Part shown: in pieces, positions 43,820-54,969 of the stretch
Layout of the letters: the number at the start of each line of letters is the position of its first letter
How positions within the stretch are numbered: the stretch's first letter is position 1
Assembly: GCA_963697165.1 (NCBI GenBank)
Contig: CAVOMX010000001.1
Span: 15,994 to 79,993, forward strand
Direction of reading: 5' to 3'
Length of the DNA: 64,000 bases
From: Candidatus Bathyarchaeota archaeon
GTDB lineage: Archaea > Thermoproteota > Bathyarchaeia > Bathyarchaeales > Bathyarchaeaceae
Notes under the pieces: generated by a model
What the model saw: the letters and a program-made list of their open reading frames with translations, nothing else
Databases searched by the model: none
Told to the model about the DNA's origin: nothing
Program-made: the position numbers and the translations under genes

Positions 43820-46100
43820 TTAGGGTTTTGGCTGCAGTGCAAATGCCTTAGGCACAGCGTGTTTGTCTAGGTACCAAAGGGTTGTCCAGCCGTCAGTTGC
43901 CAGCGCGTACACCCAAAGGTTTTCTCCAAAAGCCGCGGTGCCGTCTGGGCAGGTTCCCACCAAACTACTCACAGGTATCTGCTTCGTGTAGACACTTGCG
44001 GGGTTACGTATGTAGCCGTTAACTGGCGTGCTCTTGACAAGCGGAAGAGATGTCCAAGCCACACCTGGATTGTTTGGAGCACAAGCAGTGTTTACGTATC
44101 CGGTGCTTCCCTTCACTGTAGTAAATCTGAAGCGGGCAAAGTTACTCGGATGAGCTGCTTTGAAACTTATCAATGCTTTGGCGGGCAGGGGAACATTCGA
44201 GTAGCGTATGAAGCCACAGGTTCCCACGGTTTCCCATGTTCCAGGTGCTACTCCGCTAACCTTGATCGGGTAAATTTCTGCTTCGCAAGGGTTGTTGTCC
44301 ACATGCAGCACAAGCCGGAAAGCAACAATTTTGCCTCCTGGAGCTTCCCGAATCACTCTATCCTCCATGTCTGGTGCAATAACAGGATCATGGGGGACTG
44401 TTCGCGTTGGCACTACCACAGCGCCGAAGGGAGCATCACCAATCGGAGTCTTCAGCAGTATGCCCTCGTCAGTGAGGTTCACTCTGGTGACAGTATGGGT
44501 AACGCTGTTGTATCTGAATAGTTCCAGCTTAAGCTCGTACTTGCCAGCTGCCTCTTTGGGGTCGCCTTCTTCTAGTAGATGTGAAAGTAAGAAAGCGCTA
44601 GCAGTATTTTCTCTTGCGTTCAGCTGTGGCGCCCAAGCTGCTGAGACTGCACCTGGATTAGAAGGGGGATTCTTTGGCTGAAATTTGAACAGAGCAGCTC
44701 CAGGTATCACAGGGTCGGGACCAAGCATGAAAGGTTTGAATACAAGGGTACCATCAGGCCATACCTCGCCGTAGTGCCTAATAACTCGATGGTCTAATGT
44801 ATGCCAAACATCAGCCACTAGAGTGCCATCAGCCTTCTTGATGTGACGATAGGACCAGCGATAATGCGTTATGCCACTTCCAACGATGCCATCGCCAAAC
44901 CAGACAGTCGGTTCCAAGCTACCGCCGAAAGGTTCACCTGTCTCCGTTAATCCTTCTTCTGCGCCGGCCGTCACACTTTTAATTTCTTTGGTGCTTACGT
45001 AATGGCCTACTGTCAGAACAGCCACCTGCTTTCCAGGGATGCTTGATGGTTCGGATAGGACCATGGAACCCGAGGGTCAGTGATTGGGATAACGACTTCG
45101 GTGTCGCAAACATAGTTCCAGTGGGTGCTGGCAAATAATCGAGGGATGATAAACTGTCGTCCATGCACTACCAATTTGATATTCCACCCAGAAGTAGAGA
45201 TCAGGATGATCACCTGCACACAAATACCACACGTCAGCGTTAAACTGCCCTTTCTTATCTGTCAGGACAACCGCAACTTCGTCGCACCTTACAAAGAACG
45301 GCCAGATCCAACGCCAAAGACACAGATACGGTCGAAGCAGTTGGACGTTAGCTATCAGCGTCTCCCTCACCTTTTCCGCCGAAGTAGCTAAAAGCAAAGT
45401 CTTCGTCGCTGGCGGGTATTGAAAGTTTCTTTGAAACTGTTACTCGTCTTGCAACAACATTGAGAATAGGGGTCTTTAATTCAACGGGTAGGTCCATCTT
45501 CACCCGTGCAATATTTTCAGGTGAAATGTCAATCAAACCTTTGGCAAACGGGATTGGCTCAGGCGGCTGGGGAATAGGTTTTCCAATTGCTTTTATAAGT
45601 TCGTCACGCAAACGGAAGACTTCCAGCTTTGGTAAGCGCTTGAGAAGCAGCCAGATAGGGTCAACTTCACATATATGCACACGTGCCAAGTAAACGGGCC
45701 ATTCCTGGGTGGTTGTTCCCAGTTTGACTTTTTTCACGACTTTTCCTTTAACTTTGCATTTACACCATAACCAGTACTTCCATAAGATCTTTGGGATAGG
45801 CAGTAACTCATACTTGAGGGTCCTAGGACTAAACCTCCATTCAGGCAGGTAAGCTTTCCGACGCTGAACTTGATCAAAGTTCGGTTTTTCCTCCTTTATT
45901 CCTTCAGGTGGTGATGGTCCAATTACTATTCGTGCCTTTTTGGCTTGTTTAGTGGTCAGTTCAAGAGAGGCTTGGTTTCTCTTTACGTCAGTTGAAGCTA
46001 TGACTTCGCCTTTTTCGTCAAAAGCATACAACTTAAGAGAAATTGGTTTTTCTGGTGTTCCCTCGAACTTAACATTAAAATATATTATTCTTTGGCTCAT
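43820..46100 (-). CDS. Large hypothetical protein, frameshifted into several ORFs
   Basis: ORFs 45348-46100, 45077-45397, 44979-45164 and 43820-45064 abut; visibly GC-richer than flanks. Confidence 0.7.
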
Positions 46101-46442
46101 TCAAAAATCCCCCATAATATCGTTGTGGATAAAGTGTTAATAAACTTTTAGTTTTGATGTAAAATTTTAACTTTTTATAGTATTCCCTAACCGTTTGGAA
46201 CTTTACATAGGTAATTTTGTTGTTGACTAGCTTTTTACCTAGGTAATTTTGGGTGGAACAAAAAGAGGAAAAAAATACTAAATTATGGGAGTGTTGAGAA
46301 AAATATCTCCACACGTATATGATGCAATTTCCATCCCCACCTCAAAAGTTGATCTTTGACAATCTTGGTTAGTTAAATATACATTTACCATTATTATGAA
46401 TGCTAAATTACATTACTATTCCTTGCTTATTTTTTAGTCATG

Positions 46443-46660
46443 TAAAATGTTGTTTTCCAAAATCATTTTCAATCAAAGCATTTGAGTGACAAATAACGTA
46501 ACTAAAGTATCCAAAAAAGCAACATAGCGTTACAACAAAAGACAGATTGACAAGCAATTAATCCAAAGTCTAACCAAATACTTAGTCCGAGCCAGACAAG
46601 CAAAGCTCTTTGTGGAATTCTAGAGGAATTGTCTTTGATAATTTTTTGAAAAATAAGAGG
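46443..46660 (+). repeat. Right half of the peptide module (second operator plus long hairpin)
   Basis: Aligns by eye with 63728-63946; GTGAC-aaataac-GTAAC at 46486; ccagacaagc; gctctttgtggaattctagagg. Confidence 0.6.
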
Positions 46661-46696
46661 GGGTTATTAATTAGAATTTGTTAGAAGGTATATGGT

Positions 46697-48208
46697 ATGG
46701 TAAAAGAGAAGGTTCTTCTGACCGGCGCTTCAGGTTCGATGGGAAATGCTGCTTTTCTTGAATTACTGAAACGAAAAGATAGATACGATGTTGTCTTGTT
46801 GGTTAGGCCTTCCAAGAAAAATAGGAAATATTTTTACAGAATATTTAGGAGCCAAAAGTTCAGTTTCTTCTCATAAAGGCGTTAGTGAGTGTGATGGACT
46901 AAAAATTGTGTGGGGAGATTTGATTAATGCGGATGATGTTTTGAGGGCTGTTGATGGTTGTGATTTTGTTCTTCATCCGGCTGCTTTGATATCTCCTGCA
47001 GCAGATCATGATCCGTGGATGGCTAAGAAGGTGAACTTGGATGGAACAAAAAATATTATCGATGCAATTAAAAAGCAGCCAAACAAGGGTGATGGCATCA
47101 AGTTTGTTTATGTGGGTTCTGTGGCTGAGTATGGAGATAGGTTGCCTCCGGTTCATCAGAATTAGAGTTGGTGATCCGTTAATTCCTAGTGTTTATGATT
47201 TTTATGCTACAACAAAGATTGCGGCAGAGAGGGCGGTTATTGAGTCGGGTCTGAAGTATTGGGTTTCGATTCGCCAAACATATATTGGTATTCCAAAAGC
47301 GTTTAGTTTGCTTGATTCTATTATGTTTCATCAGCCTTTAGATCAGCATGTGGAGTTGATTACAGACAAGGATGCTGGATATGGGCTTGTTAGATGTTTA
47401 GATGCTTCTGAAGGTTTCTGGGGAAATATTTACAATATGAGTGGGGGTCCTTCGTGTCGATTTGTTTATCAAGAGTATCTTGAGAATATGATGAATTTGT
47501 TGGGAATGGGTGATTATAGAAAGATTATGGATAGGAATTGGTTTTGTTTGCGGAATTTTCATGGAGGATGGTTTGAAGACGGTTACATTCTTAATGATTT
47601 TCTTGATCATTGGCGAAGTAATCTTGATGACCATTATAAACAAGTTAAGGAGACTAAGTATTGGTATTCATATTTTGCGAGGATTATTCCAAAATTTTTG
47701 GTTAAGAAGTTTATGAAGAAAATGGTTATCTGCAAAAAATGGTCCGCTTAGTTGGATTGAATCAAACAATGAAGGGAGGATTAAGGCGTTTTTTGGTTCA
47801 AAGACAAAAATGGGAAGAAATACCCTCTTGGGAAGTTGATTCAACTGAATTTTATGCTGAAGGATATTTGTTGGATCATGGTTTTGATGAAAATAAGCCA
47901 GAAAATGAACTAAATTTGGAGGACCTAAAGAAAGCAGCTAGATTTAGGGGAGGAGAATGTCTCTCTGAAAGGTTTGTGGATATGAAAACAAAACGTTAAA
48001 TGGAAATGTGCTTTTGGACATCGCTTTGAAGGTAGTCCAACTCTTATTCTTAAAGGTGGACATTGGTGTCCTGAATTGCGAAGCACCTCCTTGGGATTAT
48101 GACAAAATTGCTGCAAAGAATCCATTTTTTGCTCAAGCCTATTACACAAATCACACCAAAGATGAGAACAATTACTATGATGAGAAGAGTTATGAAGATA
48201 TTTTATGA
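46697..48208 (+). CDS. NAD-dependent epimerase/dehydratase with C-terminal Zn-ribbon, frameshifted
   Basis: TGASGSMG, HPAALISP, YATTK; KWKCAFGH...GGHWCP. Confidence 0.8.
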
Positions 48209-48322
48209 ATTTCAAGTTGGTGGAAGCGAATTGTTTCTTAGATTAGAACATTTTGAAGTTACAAAAGAGGCTAATATTGGTGTAGACTTGGTGGAATTTG
48301 AGAAAAGGACAGTGCGTAGCTG

Positions 48323-49037
48323 ATGTTGAATCAAATTAAGAAAGACTTGTTGCAACTGGGTAATCCTGAAAAGGCAAAAAAACTGTCAGGTTTTTTCAAG
48401 ACTGGAAAAGGTCAATATGGTGAAGGTGATGTTTTTCTTGGAATTCCTGTTCCTGAACAGCGTAAAGTTGCAAAAAGGTATATTGATCTGTCTTTAAATG
48501 ATCTTCAAGAGCTACTTAGAAGTAAAATTCATGAGTATCGATTGACTGCGTTATTGATTTTGGTTTCTAAATATGGAAAAGCCGATAGTTTCTGGCAAAG
48601 ACGAAATTTTTGGTTTCTATTTAAAGAACACGGAATATGTTAATAATTGGGATTTAGTTGATTTGAGTGCACCCAAAATTGTTGGAGCTTATTTGGTTAA
48701 CAAAGATAGATCGATCTTGTTCAAACTTGCAAAATCCAGTAATTTATGGGAAAGAAGAATTGCAGTTCTTGCAACATTTATGTTTATTAGAAACAACGAT
48801 TTTGAGGATGCGTTACGTATTTCAAAATTGCTTTTGCATGATGAACATGATTTAATTCATAAAGCAGTTGGTTGGATGCTTAGAGAAATTGGAAAAAGAG
48901 ACCAAGCACCAATAGAACATTTTCTCGATGAATATAATACACAGATGCCCAGAACGATGCTAAGGTATGCTATTGAAAGATTTGATGAAAATAAGAGAAA
49001 ATTCTATTTAGCCCAAAAAAAGCCACAAAAGCGGTAA
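48323..49037 (+). CDS. DNA alkylation repair protein (AlkD-like), frameshifted
   Basis: FFKTGKGQYGEGD, NNWDLVD, WERRIA, HKAVGWMLRE, RTMLRYAIE. Confidence 0.9.
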
Positions 49038-49177
49038 CATTTAGGCTAGTATTGAAGCGTGTTAATATCAAGATTATAGGTGGGTCATTTAAGGTTCTTC
49101 GTTCAATTTCCTGTTTTTGGTAAAATTGGTGTTTCTAACATAGCGAGTTTACCATATTTATTTTGGTTACAGTTATT

Positions 49178-49344
49178 GCGAAGAGTCTTGGCCTATTTCT
49201 GAGGAAATATACTTTTAGTTACTAATAGCTCTATAACCTTGATCCTTAGATTTGATTAAAATTTACGAAGAGTCTATACCTGTGCCTCCTGATGACTCTT
49301 CTTGGAGAATTTTGAGGTATTATTGTGACGGTTTACGAAGAGTC
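49178..49344 (+). repeat. Composite cluster of four GACTCTTC-family arms
   Basis: Right arms at 49178, 49265, 49335; left arm at 49294. Confidence 0.8.
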
Positions 49345-49413
49345 TAGTGGGGTTTGATTGAGGATTTATTTCGGTTTTATGTTTAATTGGAAATTTGATC
49401 TGTTATGTATCTG

Positions 49414-50565
49414 TTAGGATAATTGTTGAATTGTTCCATTCCACCAGATTAGAGTGTTATAATGTTGCTTGGCAAAAAGACGGTTCCAATACGAATCAAT
49501 GACAATATCAAAATCATAACCGTATTTTTCTATAATATTATTTAGGTTGCTCCATATTATTGGTGATTGGTTATCAATTTCCCATACTCCCCATATTTTA
49601 TCTGTTGGATTTCGCATGCCCCATCCATAATTTTCTGGAAGAACATAAGCTATTTTTTGGGTGTTTGATGTTTTGTTCCTGGGATTGTTAGTAACAAAAT
49701 TTTTGAAGTCTTTGATTGCATTGAAGTGTTCTTCGGTTAGTAATCCATATGGTCCAGTTACTGGATAGTTGAAAACTGTAATGTAGTTGGCTCCTGTTTG
49801 GTAGGCTAATATCATGTCGTTGTAGAGTTGGTCGGGGGATTCTATGTAGGGTGGTTTGCCGTAGGTCCATGTTATCATTACGCCCCATGTTTTGTTGTGG
49901 AGTTGTGCTGCTCCTCTGCATAGAGGCATGCTTATTTCTTTGGGACGATTTGCTCCAAATTCACAGAAGATGGCATCGTAACCGGCTTCGTAATCAAACC
50001 AGAAAAGTCCATAGTCTGAGGTTACCAGTTTGTCGAATTTGATAAAGTCCCTCATTTGGACGTATAGGTAGTAAACGTAAGTGTTTGCTGCGTCACGGTA
50101 GTCATGGGGCATTGTTGTGTTGTCAAATTCTCTGAAGGGCCCTCGGTCTAGTTGGTTTCCTCCAGGTTCATCGTAGAGGTAATAGCCCAAGAAATTGTTT
50201 CCATATTTTTCTTTGGCTTCGTTATACCATTCGAAGGGGTTGTAATTGAAGTTCCAATAAGATGGGTGTGACATGTGAACAAAAAATGATAGGCCAGATT
50301 CATGTGCGTGATCACACACTTCTGTTATAGTAGTTTTATTTTTCACTATTTCTGGGTTAAGGATGACTAGCAGATTTGTAAAATCTTTAACCTTATCAAT
50401 TAATCTAATTGTGGTTGTGACATTTCCATCAGCCGTAATTCCAACATAAAGGTCTTCGGGATATGGATCTTTGGTTAGTGTGATATAATTTATGGCCAAT
50501 GAGGCGAAATAGCTTGCTGGAAGGATTAGAGCAACCAGAGCTAGCATGAATAATTTCTGCTTCAA
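49414..50565 (-). CDS. Secreted/anchored hypothetical protein, possibly glycoside-hydrolase-like
   Basis: N-terminal TM, YLYDEPGG, WGVMITW. Confidence 0.7.
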   Translation of the reverse strand: MKQKLFMLALVALILPASYFASLAINYITLTKDPYPEDLYVGITADGNVTTTIRLIDKVKDFTNLLVILNPEIVKNKTTITEVCDHAHESGLSFFVHMSHPSYWNFNYNPFEWYNEAKEKYGNNFLGYYLYDEPGGNQLDRGPFREFDNTTMPHDYRDAANTYVYYLYVQMRDFIKFDKLVTSDYGLFWFDYEAGYDAIFCEFGANRPKEISMPLCRGAAQLHNKTWGVMITWTYGKPPYIESPDQLYNDMILAYQTGANYITVFNYPVTGPYGLLTEEHFNAIKDFKNFVTNNPRNKTSNTQKIAYVLPENYGWGMRNPTDKIWGVWEIDNQSPIIWSNLNNIIEKYGYDFDIVIDSYWNRLFAKQHYNTLIWWNGTIQQLS

Positions 50566-50680
50566 ATATTATCGCCATCAAATTCTTATTAAATTAGGTT
50601 ATTGAAACTATATAAAAGATGGGAAAATTCGTTGGCAATATTTGTTTTGGACAATAATCTGAGCACCCTTTGAATCTATT

Positions 50681-50740
50681 AAGAGTCTATACCTGTGTCT
50701 CCGTTGACTCTTCGTAGAGAATTTGAGGTGTTGTTGTGAT
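50681..50740 (+). repeat. GACTCTTC-family element
   Basis: AAGAGTCtatacctgtgtctccgttGACTCTTCGT, matching 49268-49303. Confidence 0.75.
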
Positions 50741-50945
50741 GTGAGTTAGGACTTTTATTGAAATAATCCCTATGATTAAACAAATTAAGCTTGAAATGAA
50801 GGCTCGAGTAAACCAAAGCAATAATATAGTAAAGAATACTGAAGCGATTGCCATAAGTCTCACCTTGAATTTGATTATTCTGTATGAAACCATTTAAGAT
50901 TGTTGGCAATGTACGATTATTTAAGATGAGGTTTTTGGTAAGTGG

Positions 50946-51425
50946 GTGGTTTTTGTGTCAGAAGTTGAGAAATCAGGATTTGAGGGAGCAAGAAAGCTAA
51001 TTTTTCAAATGGCTCAATTGAAGAATCGACTACGAGAATTTGGAGTAATTAGAGACGAAGGAATAATTACTGATGAATATGCTAAATGGTTTTGTTCTAA
51101 GAAGTTTGGTTTGGAGTTATATGGTGGTGAAGAGGGGGGTTATGATGCACTTTCGAAGTTTGGGGAAAGAGTACGAATTATAAGTAGAACTGCTTCTGAT
51201 GTTGATTTTGCATTAGCCTTTGAGGGTATTTGTTTAGATGATTTTGATTTTCTTTTATTGGTGTTCATCAATAAAGAAACTTGGATGATTTCTGCGATTT
51301 ACCGGATTTCTTTTGATGTTATTAAGAAGTTTCTTTCTGATGATGGGAGATTTAAATGGAATAGAGAATCCCGCTCACTGAGTTTACAACTATATCCAGG
51401 AGATAATAATATGATTTTTTTATAG
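50946..51425 (+). CDS. Hypothetical protein resembling a stand-alone PD-(D/E)xK nuclease
   Basis: EYAKWFC...GLEL...GYDA...RVRI pattern. Confidence 0.5.
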   Translation: MVFVSEVEKSGFEGARKLIFQMAQLKNRLREFGVIRDEGIITDEYAKWFCSKKFGLELYGGEEGGYDALSKFGERVRIISRTASDVDFALAFEGICLDDFDFLLLVFINKETWMISAIYRISFDVIKKFLSDDGRFKWNRESRSLSLQLYPGDNNMIFL

Positions 51426-51559
51426 TCTTAGATTACCCTGGGGTTATTGATTGGTAGTAAGTTGTTTAGGTTGATGCACGTGAACTTAGACCAGCGCGCG
51501 TATATGCAAGTAACTCACAAACTTTCACCTAAAAACTCATCCCCTTCGTGACATGCAAA

Positions 51560-51817
51560 GTTCTTTGTGGAATTCTAGAGGAATTATCTTGATAATGTTT
51601 TAAAAGTTTACTAAGATTTTATTATTCTAAGGAGAATTCTGTCCAGAGGGGGTAGTGGTCTGAGATTCCCCAAGATAATTGGTTTTTGGTTAAGTTTAGT
51701 GTTGATAGGGCTGCTTGGGTGAAGTTGAAGTGGCAGCTTTTAATTTGAACTCAAGTAGACTCTTCGTGAATTCTAAATATGCGAACCTAGATAATATTTT
51801 GAAAGTCTATGAAGATC
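51560..51817 (+). repeat. Two long-type GACTCTTC-family hairpins
   Basis: 51560-51617 and 51758-51817. Confidence 0.7.
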
Positions 51818-52115
51818 ACACTGGAGTTTGAGTGATTGTTGTTTTTGTTTGTTGTGGTCTTGGATTATTTTCTAATCCATTATGTTCATGTTTTTTTAAT
51901 TAATAAGAATATGTGTTCATAAAAAAGTAATATTTATATATGAATATATAGTATTACGTTTATTTGTTGAATATATTTGAGGGATATGTGGTGCTAAGAA
52001 AATTAGATAAACCTGAGCGCCTAAAGAAAACTGGACTCGATTCTAGTAATGAGGGAATATCTGAACCTTGGTATTTTACTCATTACTAGATCAATCAAAA
52101 AGGAGTGTTTGAATA

Positions 52116-52346
52116 ATGACAGCTAAACGTACTTCAAAGCCCTCCACAAACTTGGAGTTCAAATAGCAGCAAACAGAATGCTCCGTATGCAAAAAGTCTG
52201 TCTTCAAAGTTGCCAGAATTACGCCGGAGCTGGTTATGATGAAATGCGTTAACTGTGGAGAAACTCACATGATTGCAGTCCAATCAACTAAAAAAGCAGT
52301 TAAGCCTTCAACATTTTGGGATGCAGACCAAGTAACCTGCATCTAA
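52116..52346 (+). pseudogene. Zinc-ribbon protein with in-frame TAG
   Basis: MTAKRTSKPSTNLEFK*QQTECSVC...KCVNCGETH; AGGAG upstream. Confidence 0.55.
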
Positions 52347-52444
52347 ATATTCGCGGCTAGAGTTCTACCATCTTTTTTGTATTTCTTGCAGTCATAGGCA
52401 ATGGGTTTTGCACTTTGTAAAATGAGGAAACGACAAAAACAGTC

Positions 52445-52651
52445 CTATTGTTCTTGAATTTGATGTAGAATATCTTTGACATTGAAGTAATAGTCAAAAC
52501 AGCATTTGCAATCATAAGGAAATCCACAGCAACAGTCCCATGACCTGCATAAAGCCTTGGCGAATGCAGACCAATCTTCCTTACCTGCCTTGTTGATTAA
52601 ATGTCGTCTAACTCGTCTTTTCCATGCTTCCCGAAATTTACGATAGAGCAT
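52445..52651 (-). CDS. 68-aa Cys-rich protein, copy 2
   Basis: Paralogue of 41868-42074. Confidence 0.7.
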   Translation of the reverse strand: MLYRKFREAWKRRVRRHLINKAGKEDWSAFAKALCRSWDCCCGFPYDCKCCFDYYFNVKDILHQIQEQ

Positions 52652-52722
52652 ATATCTTAATCTCCTGGTAATTCGTGCATTGTCTTACAAACTAAGGAAC
52701 CAACAATAGAACATTATTTTTT

Positions 52723-53211
52723 CTAACAGTGTTTTAAAGCTTTAGAATCTGCTTTGATTACTGCTTCTGCAAGCTTTTTTCCAAGGTTCATTGCTTGTGC
52801 TTCATCTATTTCCCATGGATTTGCACGGGCAGGTACGGTGTCAATAACTATTCCTGGTTTTATGAAAGTTGGATTAAAAACTCCAATAATTCGATCAATA
52901 TTTTCCAGGGCTACCACCTGCCCACCAGTCCCAGTAGTAAAAACTGCCATAGGCTTACCTGCCATCTTGTGGCGTAACGAATAAAGTTTGGTCAATAAGC
53001 TCAATATTTTGCCAGACATGATACTAAAATGCGACGGAGACCCAATAGCATAACCATCCGCATCAATAACATCCTGAAAATCTACGTCTTCTGTTCTTTT
53101 CATTTCAACAGTGATTTCAGATATTTGTATAGCCCCCTTTGCAACAGCCTCAGAAAGTTTCTCTGTGTTGCCAGTGTTAGAATCATATATTATCAAAACT
53201 TTTGGACACAA
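52723..53211 (-). CDS. Flavodoxin-family (WrbA-like) protein
   Basis: YDSNTGNTEKL, IGSPS. Confidence 0.85.
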   Translation of the reverse strand: MCPKVLIIYDSNTGNTEKLSEAVAKGAIQISEITVEMKRTEDVDFQDVIDADGYAIGSPSHFSIMSGKILSLLTKLYSLRHKMAGKPMAVFTTGTGGQVVALENIDRIIGVFNPTFIKPGIVIDTVPARANPWEIDEAQAMNLGKKLAEAVIKADSKALKHC

Positions 53212-53483
53212 CTAAATCAACCCCCAAATATACTAACTCAAATAGAATATAAAAAATGTCTGCCTCTACAAAACTAAGACCCGTATTTTGGCCTATAATA
53301 AACGATTGAAATAAGGTAAAAGGTTGGGTTTGGGTTTAAAATTTAAACCTCAAAACTTTTCTTGAATTGAAGATGTTAGACTTTAATCAGATGCATTGAT
53401 AATTTGGGCATGTTCGTTTTATTGATTTGAATTTGTTTCGGCTATCCTTATGCGATTGTATTATAGAGCATACGTTTGATGAG

Positions 53484-53996
53484 TTACCATGTTTCAAATT
53501 TTATCAGCTGAGCCAAAGGTAAACGCCTTTTTTCGGACAATGAAGGATCTGTCGGATATCCTAAAGACATAAGCGCAATAACCCTAATTTCCTCAGGGAT
53601 ACCAAATATTTCTTTAACTTTATTTTCATCAAAAAGACATGACCAACATGACCCTAGACCATACTCAATTGCAGCTAAAGTTACATGATCCAAAGCAATT
53701 GTAACATCAATTATGTAACAAGGTTGATTACAACTCATAACAGTCTCATTTGGTTTTGCACAAGCCACAATAACAACTGGGGCTTCAGAAATAAAAAATG
53801 GACTTTTTGCATAATTCACCAACTTTCTTTTATTCTCCACATCCCGAACAATCACAAACCGCCACTCTTGGCGATTGAAAATAGACGGCGCCAATCTTGC
53901 CGCCTCCAAAACATTGACCAACTTTTCACTTTCTACTGGTTTATCCAAAAAACTTCGTACACTTTTCCGAGATTTAATTGCTTGAACAACATCCAT
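53484..53996 (-). CDS. Nitroreductase family protein
   Basis: RKSVRSF, NRQEWRF, GLGSCW, LGYP; paralogue of 39159. Confidence 0.92.
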   Translation of the reverse strand: MDVVQAIKSRKSVRSFLDKPVESEKLVNVLEAARLAPSIFNRQEWRFVIVRDVENKRKLVNYAKSPFFISEAPVVIVACAKPNETVMSCNQPCYIIDVTIALDHVTLAAIEYGLGSCWSCLFDENKVKEIFGIPEEIRVIALMSLGYPTDPSLSEKRRLPLAQLIKFETW

Positions 53997-54163
53997 AACA
54001 AACCACTTCGAACGGACCCTTTGACTTACCAAAATAATATTTGATGTGGGCGCATAATCAATTTTTCCTTGAAAATGAAAGAGGGAATTATATGAAACGG
54101 AAATTTCAGTTTCTATTTTTGGTTAATTTGTGTAAATGTTAAAGGTATTAGGGTTAATAGAAG

Positions 54164-54385
54164 TTATGGATAAGTGTGTGAGTCCACTATACTGGTTTTG
54201 TCGAGTTTTGTGATTTTGATTTCAATTATGTTTTCGGGTTCATCTACTTCTTTTAAGGCCTTTAGAAATCCAATTACAATGTTTGCTAATGTTTCTTGAA
54301 TAAAATGATTTAAGGATAGCTTTTCTCCATTAAGCTGAATTTCTGTTTCAAATTTTTTTTCAAATTCTCTATGTTTGGAAACCAA
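54164..54385 (-). CDS. Small hypothetical protein (MobB C-terminal-like)
   Basis: LNGEKLSLNHFIQETLANIVIGFLKALK. Confidence 0.65.
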   Translation of the reverse strand: MVSKHREFEKKFETEIQLNGEKLSLNHFIQETLANIVIGFLKALKEVDEPENIIEIKITKLDKTSIVDSHTYP

Positions 54386-54546
54386 AATTGTTCACCACCA
54401 ATATATTACCGATCGAAGGATGATAAGAGTTGTTCTGAACCTCTGATGATAAATTAGTTACAATTGAACTTCGTTTGGGCGAGCTAATATAACAAAGAGG
54501 GAAGACTCTTCGTGGAAGCTGAAAGATGCCTTATTAATTTAAGGGG

Positions 54547-54687
54547 CTAGACGCATCCGCCGCAGTTAACGCAGCCACCCATAATTCCTCGGCACCATAT
54601 TGGAAGATTATCTTTAGTATATAGCCCAAATTTTTCTTTTGTTCGTTGAGGTTTTTGGGGGATTTGGGGTTTTGTTGTTTTTTGCAT
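54547..54687 (-). CDS. 46-aa Cys-rich peptide, copy 2
   Basis: MQKTTKPQIPQKPQRTKEKFGLYTKDNLPIWCRGIMGGCVNCGGCV*; left arm GACTCTTCGT at 54504. Confidence 0.8.
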   Translation of the reverse strand: MQKTTKPQIPQKPQRTKEKFGLYTKDNLPIWCRGIMGGCVNCGGCV

Positions 54688-54765
54688 CTCACATTCCTGT
54701 TTACTGCAATGCTTATGGTTATGCTAGAACGTATCACCTAATTTTGATTACTATAATAGATATTA

Positions 54766-54843
54766 GTCACATTACAGGTTACTAAAATAACTATTATTTA
54801 ACATTATTTTCAGCCAGAATAATCTAGTGACATACAATGTAAC
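54766..54843. promoter_or_regulatory. Paired GTNAC-N7-GTNAC candidate operators
   Basis: GTCAC-attacag-GTTAC and GTGAC-atacaat-GTAAC, 61 bp apart. Confidence 0.6.
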
Positions 54844-54969
54844 TAAAGGTTCAAAAAAAATAACACAAGGTAACACAAAAGGGATACATGGAGGCAACAA
54901 AACAGTTGCGCGGGCATAGCACACGTTGTAGTTTGAAGTAGATTGAGAAAAAATTGGTAGAAGGTGTTT

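Noticed and set aside
1..49037. Frameshifts in wrbA, the HisA-like gene, mfnB/E/F, rfbD, both epimerases, the AlkD-like gene and the 43.8-kb gene as programmed recoding or mass pseudogenisation
   Set aside because: Scattered single-base indels, often near short homopolymers, in otherwise intact genes; best explained by sequencing error
50687..50893. 68-aa hydrophobic ORF
   Set aside because: C-terminus and stop are supplied by the repeat element and the start is weak; cannot be supported as a gene
54534..54737. 67-aa ORF MIRSSITIS... from the ORF track
   Set aside because: Overlapping alternative frame of the Cys peptide; it stops early in copy 1, and substitutions are synonymous in the peptide frame
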